Shown here piece after piece: positions 48,226 to 64,000 of a DNA stretch of 64,000 nucleotides; position 1 is the first letter of the stretch, and every line of letters begins with the position of its first letter. A program made the translations under genes and the position numbers. The notes beneath the pieces were generated by a model. It was not told where the DNA came from and ran no database searches. It saw only the letters and a list, made by a program, of their open reading frames with translations. The stretch spans positions 22,196,001-22,260,000 of the forward strand of contig OZ281495.1 in the NCBI GenBank assembly GCA_965637545.1, in the 5' to 3' direction. The stretch comes from Phallusia mammillata. Lineage: Eukaryota.

Positions 48226-49959
48226 TTTCACCTTGTATCACTGAAGTCTTGTGCTTGTAACTGGAAGAGTGACATTGATGTAAGTTCCAACGTCATCATT
48301 TTTCGGTTTAGACTTTCTCTTTATCGTTCCTGATGCGGCGGTCCCATCCCTATTTAAAATGCCTTTGGATGTTGAGCGCCTTTATGTGCCGAGTGGCAAT
48401 CAACTGCATAAAGCATCTCAAAACGCATTAAGATTATGTCAAACGTTTGAAACATTTAAATATATCAAGAGTTCTAATGCAGATGATTGTGATTACTTTC
48501 TACTTGCCAGGCAATGCAAAATCGTAACTGGTTTCCACCATATCGTTGTTTCCGTGAACCCAGTCAAGCTTATATACAAAACTACTGGTAAAGTTAAAGT
48601 TATACAAGTAAAGTTAAAGTTGTGGGGTTGAGTTAGCAACAGGAGACGGATACTGAAGCTCGGAAAACTTGCCGATGAAGCGATGATACAAAGATGCATT
48701 CGATATAACGTAAAAATAATTGTTTTAAAAAAACATTACCTCCAAAATGTGATACAAAGGCCGTTCAGTCACACGAATAGTTTTTTGGATGCATAATAGA
48801 TGTTTTTAATGTGCTACATTCAACACAACAAATCGGATGTTTTAGTAATAATGACAATAATTTTGTCGAACCGTTGCGTTTTTTCGAAATCCAATAGGAA
48901 CTTGTTCTAAATAAAACGGATATAATACTTGCAACTAACCATTACACAGCACGCTGTACTAACATTTAGTCGTTTTTACAACTATTGATCGTACATGCTT
49001 TTTCATGTGTTTGTAACGTTTAGTTTCTAAATGATTTTCAACAAAAAGAACGAGAAGGTGTCGAAGAAGAGAAATGAACGTTTTGACTTTCTCTTCTTCC
49101 GGTAAAAGCCGCTTCTATTTACTAAAAAGCATGCTGCATTTTTTATTACAAAATGTATGCCAATATTAAGTTGATTTTAGTTTCAAGTGAGTTTTCACAA
49201 AAGTCCGGGTAACAGTATGTACTTTGAAAGCTTTTTGCCATTGCCAGCCTCTGCACCAAATAACAACAATTGATTAGATGTTAAAATTAGGCCAGTGGTT
49301 TTCAACCTGTGGTTCGCGACCCCCTTAGGAGGCATTTGTCTTTTTTCCAGGGGTCGCGACACCCTTTGATAATAATCATTAAAAAAATTGTTTGTCAGCA
49401 ATAACAAAATAAAAACATCTAAAACACGGCTACTCAAATAGCGGACCGCGGTCCATATTCGGACCTTTGGGGCGTTGAATGTGGACCTCGACGGCGATTG
49501 TTAGCGCACAATTGTATCTATGACGTAATACACTGTATTTTGTATGTCTTTGTTGCGCTTTATGCTGCCTTTTATAAATGTAGTGTATTGTCTTACGAAC
49601 ATCAGCTGGTAATTGAAATTGAGTCTTATTTATTTCACGATAACTATAAGGGTTGCTTATTCTGAAGTATGCAAAGCCACTGCATTTCAAGTAATTAGAA
49701 ATATCTTTAGCTAGTTAAAGCATTAAGCATACGCATCGAGACATGAACTACAGCGATCTACAACGTAAACGCGAAATGCCCAGTGGAGTGTGTTCTATGC
49801 ATGTGGACTGGGCTCTCTTTTCAAAAATCTCAAAGCAAACACAATATAGGCGCCGTACAGCGATAGTAACGAAAAAACGAAATGGTTGTTTAAATTTCAA
49901 CATAGCCATTGTTGTTTCGGAGTGTTTTAAAAAAAACAAAAAAAACAACGTATTACCAG

Positions 49960-50159
49960 CATATGAGCCGTCAACATACGCTAGGATTGTATAGGTAGGC
50001 AACCCAGTACGCATATACGCCGTCATGCATAAGAAATATATCAGGATGTTCTCAGGTTCATATGAGCCGTCAACATACGCTAGGATTGTATAGGTAGGCA
50101 ACCCAGTACGCATATACGCCGTCATGCATAAGAAATATATCAGGATGTTCTCAGGTTCA
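49960..50159. repeat. Perfect 99-bp tandem duplication
   Basis: CATATGAGCCGTC...CTCAGGTT occurs at 49960 and 50059. Confidence 0.95.
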
Positions 50160-51507
50160 AGTGGTTCTGTGCTCTTGGACGCGCATGACTGATTCGTTTA
50201 TGTTTTTTCGGCGATTTTTGGGCATTGCAAAGGAGAAAGGAAGTCTTCAAATCTGTTAGCGATTATTTTTTGTCCAAGGTTTGCAACTGCTGTTTGTCTT
50301 CAGCAAAAAAACAACGGTTGATTCTGTTTTGCCTAGGGTTTATACACTGGGTTTTGAATTGTCTTCAGCAATTAATGCTTGTTTAAAGTAGAGCTTGAAA
50401 TGCAAAGGCATGTAACGAGGTTTGATCAGACTCAAACTATGAGTAAAACACTACGTTTATAAAAAGTTTACTCCAAGGAGTTTTTTTTAATGATGGTGAT
50501 AGACGTGGTTTGACTTTGTGTAGCCTAGATATGATTTCCAACAACAAGAAGGAAAAGGTGCAGATGAAAAGAAACACTATTTTAGACTTCTTATTATTCT
50601 GGTAATACGCAGTCAATTTTGTAGTACACATATTTAACAGCATGCTGTATGTTTTGTTGTTGATGGCACCGTGTTTATAACAGCAGGTTTAAGTTGCTCC
50701 AATGACATTAAAAAGTCTCCCCCCCCCCCCCCCCCATAATATCTGGTACTTTTAAGCAACCATATCCGCACTAATTGTTCGATGATTTTAATAGTTGATG
50801 CAAATTTTTAAATTTAGGCTTAATAATATTTTTAATTATGATTTAGGTGGATGAACGACCTGTTCCATCGGGGCTCCAAGCAAAAATTAAAAGATGAAGA
50901 TCTTTTTGAATTGGAAGAAGACAGCACATCTTCGAAACTTTGCGATATGATCTTTTTTTTACAGAAACTGGAAATGGGTAATGGAAAATGCAAAACAAGC
51001 CGGTAAACGCCCTAGCCTTTTAAGAGCTATTTAAAAAAACATTTGGATTTCGCCTGTGCCTTTATGGCATCTTGGCGTTCGTTAAGGTACGCTATTGTAA
51101 CATTTGTCGGAAAAAATCATTTTCTTTAGTCACTAAATAAGTTATACTAAGCAATATGATGCAAACCAGTATTTGAGTGCTTTTTAGTTTTATGTTTTTT
51201 TGCAGGAAATGTCTGCGCTTGCAATGCCGTTCCTTTTGGCTGGTTTTCTTCGTTTTTTCGAAAATCGGTCCTCCATGACTGAAGCATGTTTCTTTGCCAC
51301 AAGTTTAACTGTCACGTCCGCTATCGTGGCTCTTTTGCATCAGTGGTATTTCTATTTGAATGGAATCACGGGATGGCACCTTCGCGCGGCGATCTGTGCA
51401 CTAATGTACAAAAAGGTAAGACCGCCGTTTAAATAATAACACAAATTTCACCTGGACAAGATATAGAGAACGTCTGTGTCACCACATTTACTGTGGTACT
51501 GGTACTT

Positions 51508-54514
<3,007 letters not shown>

Positions 54515-55922
54515 AAAAAATCTTTTGTTAGTATCAAACGCATAGAGGTAAGCGCTGCTGGGAATGTCTGTATTTTTAATATGGGTAATATATATAGTAA
54601 ACCTATGCGTTCCAGTCTTTCTTGCTACTCGAGGAAAAGACAGCAATTATAAGTTCGATATCAGACAAAGTAACGGAAAACCCAGAGATCAATTCAGCAC
54701 GTATTGTTTTCAAGAACTTCACTGCCGCCTGGAATGACGTTAACCTGGCGTATGTCGCAGAAGTAGGTTGTTGACAAACTTGTACAAATACGCTATATAC
54801 ATGTGTTAATGATTACAGAATGGCGACGCAACACACAGAAAGACGTTGGAAAGCATCAATTTACATGTGGATAACAAAAAACTGTTGGCTGTTATTGGCC
54901 CAATAGGCAGCGGAAAGGTTTGTACATTACAGAATAAAAACAAGTTATAAAAGCAACAAATATAATACACTCTTGTAGTCTTCCCTCCTCAGTGCAATCT
55001 TAAGCGAACTTCCTGCCAAGACGGGTAGCGTGAAAGTTCAAGGTCGAATTGCATATGTTGGTCAAATTCCTTGGGTTTACTCTGGGTCAATCAAAGAAAA
55101 CATTTTGTTTGGTGAAAAGTACGAACCTGAGCGTTTTAAAGCAGTTATTGGAGCATGCGCTTTAACAAAGGTTGGTTATATATGCTGTGTATTTGAAAAC
55201 TACAGGTGCACAGGTTGCAATTTTTAACACTTTTAAGTGTTGTAGAACCAGTGATGAAATTACAATAATTTTCTTAGCGGAACGATTCAATTTGTTAAAT
55301 TTTAAAAAGTAAAAAAAAGTAAAAAACACCAATTAAGGCGACGTCATTCGGGGATTTTAAATTAGATTTGTAATGAGCCAATACTGTTGAGGCGTGGATC
55401 AATTAGTGCAGGGGTCGGCAACCTTTTTTCTACTGCGGACCGTTTTTGAAACTGAAATTTTATTTGAAGGCGGACCGGCCTTCAAACAACTACAAATATC
55501 CAGCAACGAAAACGCCTTAATTAGTGTATCATTCCCGGGATACATGGGCAAAATGTTTTAAAACATTTATCCTGAAAAATTAGACTACGGAATTAGTGGA
55601 ACGCCATTCCTAGAATGATTTATTTACCGTTCTGACTTATCTTTTTACCACTGCTTAGTTAGAACAACAGAATGGTTCAAGATTTGGCGCGAAAGAAATC
55701 GTAGGTGTTGTTTGCAATCCATCTTAGTTCTGTGGGTAAAGTACCAGCCTGAATAGAATGTGGTTTGTGCATTTCAAAAATTACCCTGATATTGTATAAA
55801 TAACATTCGTATTTTTCAAGGGATACCTGAAATTTATATTTTAGTTTGCGTTTATTTAATTACTTCAAGTAATTTTAGGACATTCAGTCACTCCCAAACG
55901 GCGAGAACACTTTGGTGGGTGA

Positions 55923-56156
<234 letters not shown>

Positions 56157-56860
56157 TAACCCATCAGTTGCCTTTTCTAAAACACGCAGACACAATTCTC
56201 TCACTAAAAGAGGTGTGACCATTTTCGACGTTAACTTAAGTTACAAGTATGTGGTTTTTGTAAAGCATCCGTGCGTTTAGGGCGCCGTGTCACATTTCGG
56301 AACTTACGAAGAGCTTCTTGCCGATGGAACAGACTTTGCTGCATTGCTAAAACCTGACGACAATCCAAAATTGTTTGAAGGCCAAAGTACGGTTATTTAT
56401 ATTGTTAACCGTTTACCCCTAGTTGGGTTTACATCTCCGCAACACGTTGCTCAAAATATTTGTAAGCATGCTACAATAATATTGAATAAAACGCCGTTTT
56501 TTGCAATTTCGATAAATTGGAGTTACAAACCCCAGCCTATCTGTTAGGTGAACACAATAATGAAGAAAGCAACAATAACCAGGTATACTATGCTTACGTA
56601 TAAATTAAATAAAAATATTTTTACCGATGGAACTAAGTAAAGGATTTTATGATTTTGCAACTAGACCATGTTTTTTGGTATTAGGCTGATTTTGTTGCGA
56701 ATATCAAGGAAGAGGAACCAAAAACCCAAGGAGGCGTTGGTTGGAAGACTTACGCGGTTTATCTAATGAATAGCAAGTTGACATTCTTTCTTGTGATCTT
56801 CCTTACAGTAATCAACCAAACTTTGTATGTTCTGATTGATTGGTGGATCTCGAAGTGGTA

Positions 56861-57117
56861 GTTTATATCAGACTGAAAACTTTGACAAGTCTGAAGTCGT
56901 CCACCGTTTTATTAGACATATATATTTCGCCTAAGTAATAGGCATCGTCAGTATCTTATTCAAATAGAATGAAAAAAAATATATGTCTAATAAAACGGTG
57001 GACGACTTCAGACTTGTCAAAGTTTTCAGTCTGTTATTATATGCGACTGTTGTCTCCATCTGTCGTACTGAGTCTCAAGTGACTCGTGATTTATAATATA
57101 CTACACAGTTTATGGTA
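56861..57117. mobile_element. 257-bp insertion containing a Penelope terminal fragment as a 55-bp inverted repeat
   Basis: 56871-56956 matches 5998-6083. IR arms at 56869-56923 and 56979-57033. Flanked by duplicated TGGTA (56856-56860, 57113-57117). Absent from the sister copy (~51775). Confidence 0.85.
56914..56956 (-). ncRNA. Second copy of the minimal hammerhead motif (stem I shortened to 5 bp)
   Basis: Core, stem II and helix III identical to 6039-6085. Confidence 0.7.
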
Positions 57118-59127
57118 ATTTATATATACGTACTTTGGGGAACTTTTGACCGACTCGTCTTCGTCTTTTTGCAGGTCGTCTGCTTTTGAAAGTTTGAGTA
57201 TAAACTCTTCCTATTTTGAAGTATCGGAAAACGTCACGAAGTCCGATGTCACCACTGCAGCTAACATCATCGTCGTTGATAACAGACTTTACATATTGAC
57301 TTTAACCTGTACAACGCGTTCTGCGACGGTTTAAGTATTTAAAGCATTGGTTTTAGACCGAAAGATTTTTTATTTCTCCAGACTTGCTTTTTGGTTTTAT
57401 TGCAACTATATATATGCGCTACTTACTTCAAATGCATCATTTAATAGATTCCGGAAAAGTTATGCACGACAAAATGCTTCATGCCATATTGGAATCGCCA
57501 ATTCGGTTCTTCGATGTAAACCCTGTCGGTACGTTACATTAGTTTTTTTGTAGGTCCGGTATAATTTTAGCGTTTTGCAAATCAGGTCGCATACTAAATC
57601 GTTTGTCCAAGGATCTGGGACAAGTTGATGAGATTCTTCCCCGATTTTGTATGTGGTTTTCCTCTGTGGGTATTGATATACTGTTTTCTGTTCTCCTAAC
57701 GGATAAACACTACCCACGAATTTATTTTTCAGGTATTCGGTGATGTCTGTTCAGTCCTAATTGTTGCTGCAGTTGTAAATTACTTTGTTCTCATACCCAT
57801 TTTACCACTTCTGGTTTACTTCTTGTGGCTTCGGCGATACTATGCCAACACGTCATGTGACATCAAGCGGTTGGAAGGAGCAAGTATGTGTCTGACCATT
57901 TTGACGCCAATATGAAACCAAGATAGTCGACTTTTGCTGTTTTTTAGTTTTCTCGCCTATGTATGTTACAACGAACAAACCCCTGCTACAGTAAAAACAA
58001 ACACAAACCCCTGCTACAGTAAAAACCTACAGCCTAATTTGTTTCTTTTATCACAAGCAGGCAGAAGTCCGGTGTTCTCCCACTTAAAATCCACACTTAA
58101 CGGTTTAACGACAGTCCGAGCTTTTAAAATGCAAGAAGAATTTGAAAGTGATTTTCATCAGCTACAAGATTGTCACAGCTGTAGGTAATTCAAAATGCAC
58201 ATTTTATCTCTACATTTAACATCGCCTTCTTTAAAAGGTGCCTGGTACGCGTTCGTGGCTGGAACAAGGTGGTTTGGATTGCGGCTGGATTTAATGGGCA
58301 CTTTATTTGTCGGGGCAGTGACCTTTTTGTCACTAATTACTGTAACAGTAACAGATTCAGACGCCGGACAGGTTGGACTTGCAGTTACTTATGCATTGTT
58401 GCTAGTCGTTTTGATTCAATGGACTGTGCGCACAAGCACGGAAATTGAAAACCAGGCAAGTATATATAAAGTAAGCTAATTGTTTTCTCCTGCCACAGTT
58501 AACATGGATTCCATATTCCTAAATGTCCAAGGCCCCAAAACATCGTGGTTTTGAACGAAATTGTGGTACGTAAAAAAGGAGTTTTAGTTCAGACGAACTG
58601 GGACCAACAAATTACACGTTGTTAAACAAAGTCACTGTGTTACTATCTTTGCTATGTAGCTTAGAACACATAAAAATAATCGCTTACACCTTTAAATATT
58701 GTTAATAGTGGCAGATGACTTCCGTTGAACGAATCCAACAATACCTCAAGCTTCCACGGGAGGCGGCTCACCACGTACCTCAATTTGATAAAAGTCTTCC
58801 CAGTGATTGGCCAACTAGCGGGAAAATAGAGTTTTGTAAATTGTCCTTCTCACACTACATTGGAGGTCCTGCAGTGTTGCATGGTATTTCTTTCGTTATA
58901 TCTCCGCGTGAAAAGGTTAGTGCTTGATTAGGCATCAAACACTGATCCCCTGCAAACCTCGGATAACGCAAAATGAACAAAACTGAGTACTGCCAAAGTT
59001 ATAGTTTTCGTAACAACTTGTTTATAAAGCGTATGTGCTGTCAACGTTCAATGCGCTACAACCAACCCAGCTGATGCCCCTTTTTTCAACTTTTTACGTC
59101 AAAGCCTCGAGAAACAGTTCATCATAA

Positions 59128-59471
<344 letters not shown>

Positions 59472-59875
59472 TAAAAAAGTGTTTTTTTATGGTAACTTTC
59501 TTTAAAAATGTCGAAATCAACTGGATGGCAAACAAGTACATGGAAAATTACAACCATAAATATGAATCCATTATTTAAATCAGTCCTACAGCTTCGATGC
59601 AAATCAGCAATTACGACATAATATCTTAAAATACCATCAATTAGCCAATGATTTAATGAAATGGTGCAAGGGTTGTAATGCCAATTCATATCAACATATA
59701 TACGCGCTCTACCAACTGAGCTACACAGGCTCAGTGGAGAATCCGCCGAAAGTCGAATCACAAGCACCGTTGCCTGCCTCGTATGCTGCACATGTCAGCT
59801 TCGTGGTAGGGGATCGCCAGATTGACCAGTATCAGTTAAGATGAACATAAATTCATAACTGGGATCAGCCCTGAA

Positions 59876-59949
59876 GCCTGTGTAGCTCAGTTGGTAGAGC
59901 GCGAGTCCCGGAAAGACTCCTGTCGTGGGTTCGAATCCCACCGCAGGCT
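59876..59949 (+). tRNA. tRNA-like gene or SINE head with a full cloverleaf, nominal anticodon GGA, non-canonical
   Basis: Acceptor stem GCCTGTG/CGCAGGC, D stem GCTC/GAGC, anticodon stem GAGTC/GACTC with loop CCGGAAA, T stem GTGGG/CCCAC with loop TTCGAAT. A and B boxes intact; T5 at 59953-59957. C33, an extra base before the anticodon stem and a short variable arm argue against a translating tRNA-Ser. Confidence 0.55.
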
Positions 59950-60230
59950 AGATTTTTCTAGCCTACGCCTTGCCATATGGTGGTGAATGCTTGGTGACCG
60001 GCTGATTCGGTATAGCGCCTTCAATGGGCCTGGCGTACTGTGATTTATATATGAGTGTGCCGTGATCGCTGGTCTGCATAGACGCTTCAGGGCTGATCCC
60101 AGTTATGAATTTATGTTCATCTTAACTGATGCTGGTCAATCTGGCGATCCCCTACTACGAAGCTGACATGTGCAGCATACGAGGCAGGCAACGGTGCTTG
60201 TGATTCGACTTTCGGCGGATTCTCCACTGA

Positions 60231-60304
60231 GCCTGTGTAGCTCAGTTGGTAGAGCGCGAGTCCCGGAAAGACTCCTGTCGTGGGTTCGAATCCCACCGCA
60301 GGCT
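60231..60304 (+). tRNA. tRNA-like gene, copy 2 (identical head)
   Basis: As 59876-59949. Confidence 0.55.
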
Positions 60305-60585
60305 AGATTTTTCTAGCCTACGCCTTGCCATATGGTGGTGAATGCTTGGTGACCGGCTGATTCGGTATAGCGCCTTCAATGGGCCTGGCGTACTGTGATT
60401 TATACATGAGTGTGCCGTGATCGCTGGTCTGCATAGACGCTTCAGGGCTGATCCCAGTTATGAATTTATGTTCATCTTAACTGATACTGGTCAATCTGGC
60501 GATCCCCTACTACGAAGCTGACATGTGCAGCATACGAGGCAGGCAACGGTGCTTGTGATTCGATATTCGGCGGATTCTCCACTGA

Positions 60586-60659
60586 GCCTGTGTAGCTCAG
60601 TTGGTAGAGCGCGAGTCCCGGAAAGACTCCTGTCGTGGGTTCGAATCCCACCGCAGGCT
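60586..60659 (+). tRNA. tRNA-like gene, copy 3 (identical head)
   Basis: As 59876-59949. Confidence 0.55.
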
Positions 60660-61617
60660 AGATTTTTCTAGCCTACGCCTTGCCATATGGTGGTGAATGC
60701 TTGGTGACCGGCTGATTCGGTTGATTCGGTATAGCGCCTTCAATGGGCCTGGCGTACTGCAATTTCAGGATAATATATAAAAAATCTGAGGTGGTTGTGT
60801 TGGTCCATCTGTATATAAATGTATTTCAAAACTATCCCTATTATTTGGAAACCACAAATTAATCATAGATATCATATTGTACTATTTATACTTGTATTTC
60901 AGAAAAATACATAATCAACAAAAATACATGCACAAAACGTTGTGTTTGTTTTTGGTAAACTTGTTTAATTAAAAAGTTAATCCTCATACGTTCAACAGTA
61001 TGTTTTAATTCTCCAGGCATTTAACACCAAGCAAGATGCCAATAAACAACACCAAGATGCCAATAAAGATAGCATATTCTAAAATTGTTTTGTCTACAAA
61101 CTGTATGCTGCAATGAAGCATGAGAATATTTACTGCAGCACCACCTTTTAAATTCATGTTTGCAGTCAGAAACACATTTATCAGAAATAAAGTCTGCATA
61201 TACTATGTTGGCGATATACACCAACTGAACAGTTTTAAAACATTTTTATATGTTGTTGGATGTCGTTCACAGAAGATACAATCCAAAGGTTTGCCGACCT
61301 ATTAAATCTAAAGGTTGGTTAAAAATCAGGTGGCCAAAATCAACCGAAATTTGGTGGCAAAATTGGCACACAATCAGTACGTTTCAAAATGATTTCAAAA
61401 TTGTAAACTTTCTGCCGATGAAAATGGTTTAAAATGTATTTGACTTATTGGCGCATGCTTAGTTAGCAAATAGAACTCGTAGCGATGCGGTTACTTGACA
61501 ACATCGAGGATCGAAAAAGAGCAAATCATACAAACGAAAACATGTTCACGACCAAACCTTCATGCATGACTGTGGCTGTATCAGATTCAAATATATGCTA
61601 TTTCTTGTCCGACAAAA

Positions 61618-63942
61618 ATGTCAGTAATAAAGGCAGCTTTTGGGACCCTTGATATTGCTATTTTTGCAGGTAAGTCGAGTTTTAAGTGTAAATGCGGAAA
61701 AGATAAAATAAAAGTCGGCGTGAAGTTACGGTGTGTATTTCGGTAAAAGTTGTTTGTAACTGGCGTCATGAACACATATACTTCACTGTGAAGCAACAGG
61801 TAGCATCTCTAAATCATTCAAATGTTGAGTTGTCAGTTTTGTCATGACGTTTGTAACAATAAAAATGATAATAATTTTTATGAACTGCCGTAATAAACAA
61901 ACTTTTTTAAGCACCAAAAGTCACTAACAAACATGTAAATCGTAGCAAAATAGCAAGCAAAATGATGCGTGAGAACACCACGTATAAAATATGTGGTCTC
62001 GGTTGCGCAGTCAATAGCAAATTCAATCGCTGTACTTCGTTACAGCAACACTCGTTATATCTGCCGGTATTGGGATATTTTTTGCTGTCAAGGATCGAAG
62101 GAAGAAAAATGTCGAAAACTACTTTTACGGCAGCCGGAAAATGTCACCTGTGAGTTTCACTACATCTTCTATAGAGCAGTGGTCGGCAACCGCCGGTCCG
62201 CGGCCCAGTACCGGTCCGCGGCGAGTTGGTTACCGGGCCGTATACTTTTTCAGGTTAAATGCTACAAAACATTTTGCCCATGTATCCCGGGATGATAAAC
62301 TAATTTAAGCGTTTTTATTTCTAAATATTTGTAGTTTTTTGAAGACCGGTCCGCGATAAAATTTCACTTTCTAAAGCGGTCCGCAGTGCAAAAAAGGTTG
62401 CCGACCCTGTTCTAGAGTATACAATATAAATATATAAACACTTAATTCAAAATAATTTCAGATTCCTGTGGGATGTTCCATTGCTGTGTCCTTCATATCT
62501 GCCATCACAGTGATTGGTTTTCCCTCGGAGACCTACCTGTATGGGCTTGTAACATTTTGGTTTTGTTTCACTCTTGTTATTCCAACATTTGTCGCATGTG
62601 TTTACTACATTCCATTGATTCACCGACTGCGTTTAAACACTATATATGAGGTAAAACACGATTGCACTCGTCACACACTTTCTGTAATAATTAAGGATTT
62701 ACAAATTTATGTACGTTTCAGTATCTGGGTTTGAGGTTTCATCCAGTCATAAGAAAGATCACGTCAGCTATGGAGATCGTAAATTTGGTTCGAGCAATTA
62801 TCCACATATTTTTATCGGAGTCATACCAACATATATTTTAAAATTTGGGTGTTTGTGACATTTAAAAAACTTGTAAAACAAAACAGGCCTCAAATTTCTT
62901 TTACACTGATGTCGCGCAACCTCTATTTTAGATGATATACATGGGGGTGGTCGTCTATCTACCCGCTCTAGCGCTTAGCGCTGTAACCCCGATCAGTATA
63001 GAATGGAGCATAGTTATGACCAGCGTTATATGCACAATGTACACAACAGTTGTAAGTTGTAAAGTTTTATGAATTTTTTTTGGGGGGAGGGGAGGCAAAA
63101 ATCATTCATCAAAATTTTACATTCGCAGGGAGGACTAAAAGCTGTTGTGTGGACTGATGCATTTCAAGCTATGATTATGCTAACAGGATCCCTTTCAGTT
63201 CTTATCCAGGCTCTGATAATGGTTGGTGGATTTGGGAATGTTTGGGCAGCGCTTGAAAGAAGCGGACGAAATAACATTTTTGTGTAATTCAATCATAGAA
63301 TTATGTTTAAGTCAAAATTACTGATTTCTAGATTTTTTCAGATTTGACCCCAACCCAAGAATTAGAACAACATTTTGGACCATCATCATTGGATTCAGTT
63401 TGTCGCAAACTGTAACCGCTTGTGTCACCCAGTCGATTTGCCAACGATATCTGTCATGCAGATCGATCAAGGAAGCAAGAATGTGCCCAATAATGATACT
63501 ATTTTTTGATGTTATAAGACACACGCTAAAAACCTTTGTTTTTTTACAGTGCAGCTTTTGCTGCTCTTGTGCCCAAAATTACTATCACCCTTATATCAGT
63601 CTTGAGCGGTGGTGTAGCATACGCTTACTTTGAGGGTTGTGATCCCGTTAAAGCCGGAAAAATTTCAAAACCTGATCAATTAATGCCGTATCTAGCACTT
63701 AAAGTCTTCGAAGAACTTCCAGGATTGTCAGGATTTTTCGTGGCCGCTGCTTATAGCGGAACTTTGAGGTATGTGATATCGTATCTTAGTAAAATAACAA
63801 ACTTACATGACAATTTGGATATATTGCAGCTCCGTATCGTCAGGAATTAACTCAGCTAGTTCGATGGTGTTGGAGGATCTGATTATGCCCTGCAAACCTC
63901 ATTTGTCTCATATCAAACAGCTTGTCTTCGGAAAAATAATAG
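61618..63942 (+). CDS. Second SLC5A5/6/8/12-group symporter (5' nine exons; continues beyond the window)
   Basis: Exons 61618-61669, 62046-62149, 62462-62650, 62722-62787, 62932-63051, 63129-63283, 63342-63482, 63550-63768, 63830-63942. Lengths are identical to the minus-strand paralog (52, 104, 189, 66, 120, 155, 141, 219, 113). Confidence 0.9.
62177..62409. mobile_element. Small hAT MITE in intron 2 of the + strand SLC5
   Basis: TIR CAGTGGTCGGCAACC / GGTTGCCGACCCTG; imperfect TSD (CTATAGAG / TTCTAGAG); CGGTCCGC motifs. A related left end is at ~55408. Confidence 0.75.
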
Positions 63943-64000
63943 GTGGGTTGAAAGCAAAGCAATGGTTTGTAACAAAGACACTTTAAACTATTGTCCCAGC

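Larger units (their letters stand above)
59703..60759. repeat. 355-bp tRNA-headed repeat: one inverted partial unit (59703-59876) followed by ~2.5 direct units
   Basis: Unit starts at 59875, 60230 and 60585 with few mismatches. 59703-59876 is the reverse complement of the unit's distal half plus the 5' part of the tRNA. A shorter copy of the inverted piece is at 54359-54514. Confidence 0.92.

Noticed and set aside
59876-59949. Functional tRNA-Ser(GGA)
   Set aside because: C at position 33, an extra nucleotide before the anticodon stem and no long variable arm; kept only as tRNA-like.
59875-60759. 355-bp unit as a hammerhead retrozyme
   Set aside because: The size and tandem layout fit, but I found no CUGANGA...GAAA core on either strand of the unit.

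Overview
Eukaryotic, AT-rich DNA with short GT-AG introns, from a compact invertebrate genome; an ascidian/tunicate-like source is my inference from intron size and gene style only. The backbone is a tandem birth-and-death array of ABCC4/MRP4-like ABC exporters on the + strand. Copy A shows only its 3' exons, copy B is apparently intact (29 exons traced), copy C has a 94-bp deletion through the NBD2 signature and Walker B, there is an orphan terminal-exon fragment, and copy D is scrambled and partly duplicated. Interleaved are an intronless folylpolyglutamate synthase (FPGS, -), two divergently oriented SLC5A5/6/8/12-type Na+/solute symporter genes, and an orphan SLC5 first exon. Mobile DNA comprises a decayed Penelope-like retroelement (RT + GIY-YIG) with a minimal hammerhead ribozyme motif, nested inside a hAT MITE that retains its TIRs and TSD; a second ribozyme-bearing mini-palindrome inserted at a splice donor; about a dozen hAT MITEs, most with 8-bp TSDs; a probable CACTA end; two minisatellites; and a 355-bp inverted-plus-tandem array of tRNA-like genes. 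The most novel-looking items are the tRNA-like array, the hammerhead-bearing mini-insertion, and the possible in-frame capture of an SLC5 first exon by FPGS. All calls were made by eye; no database searches were run.
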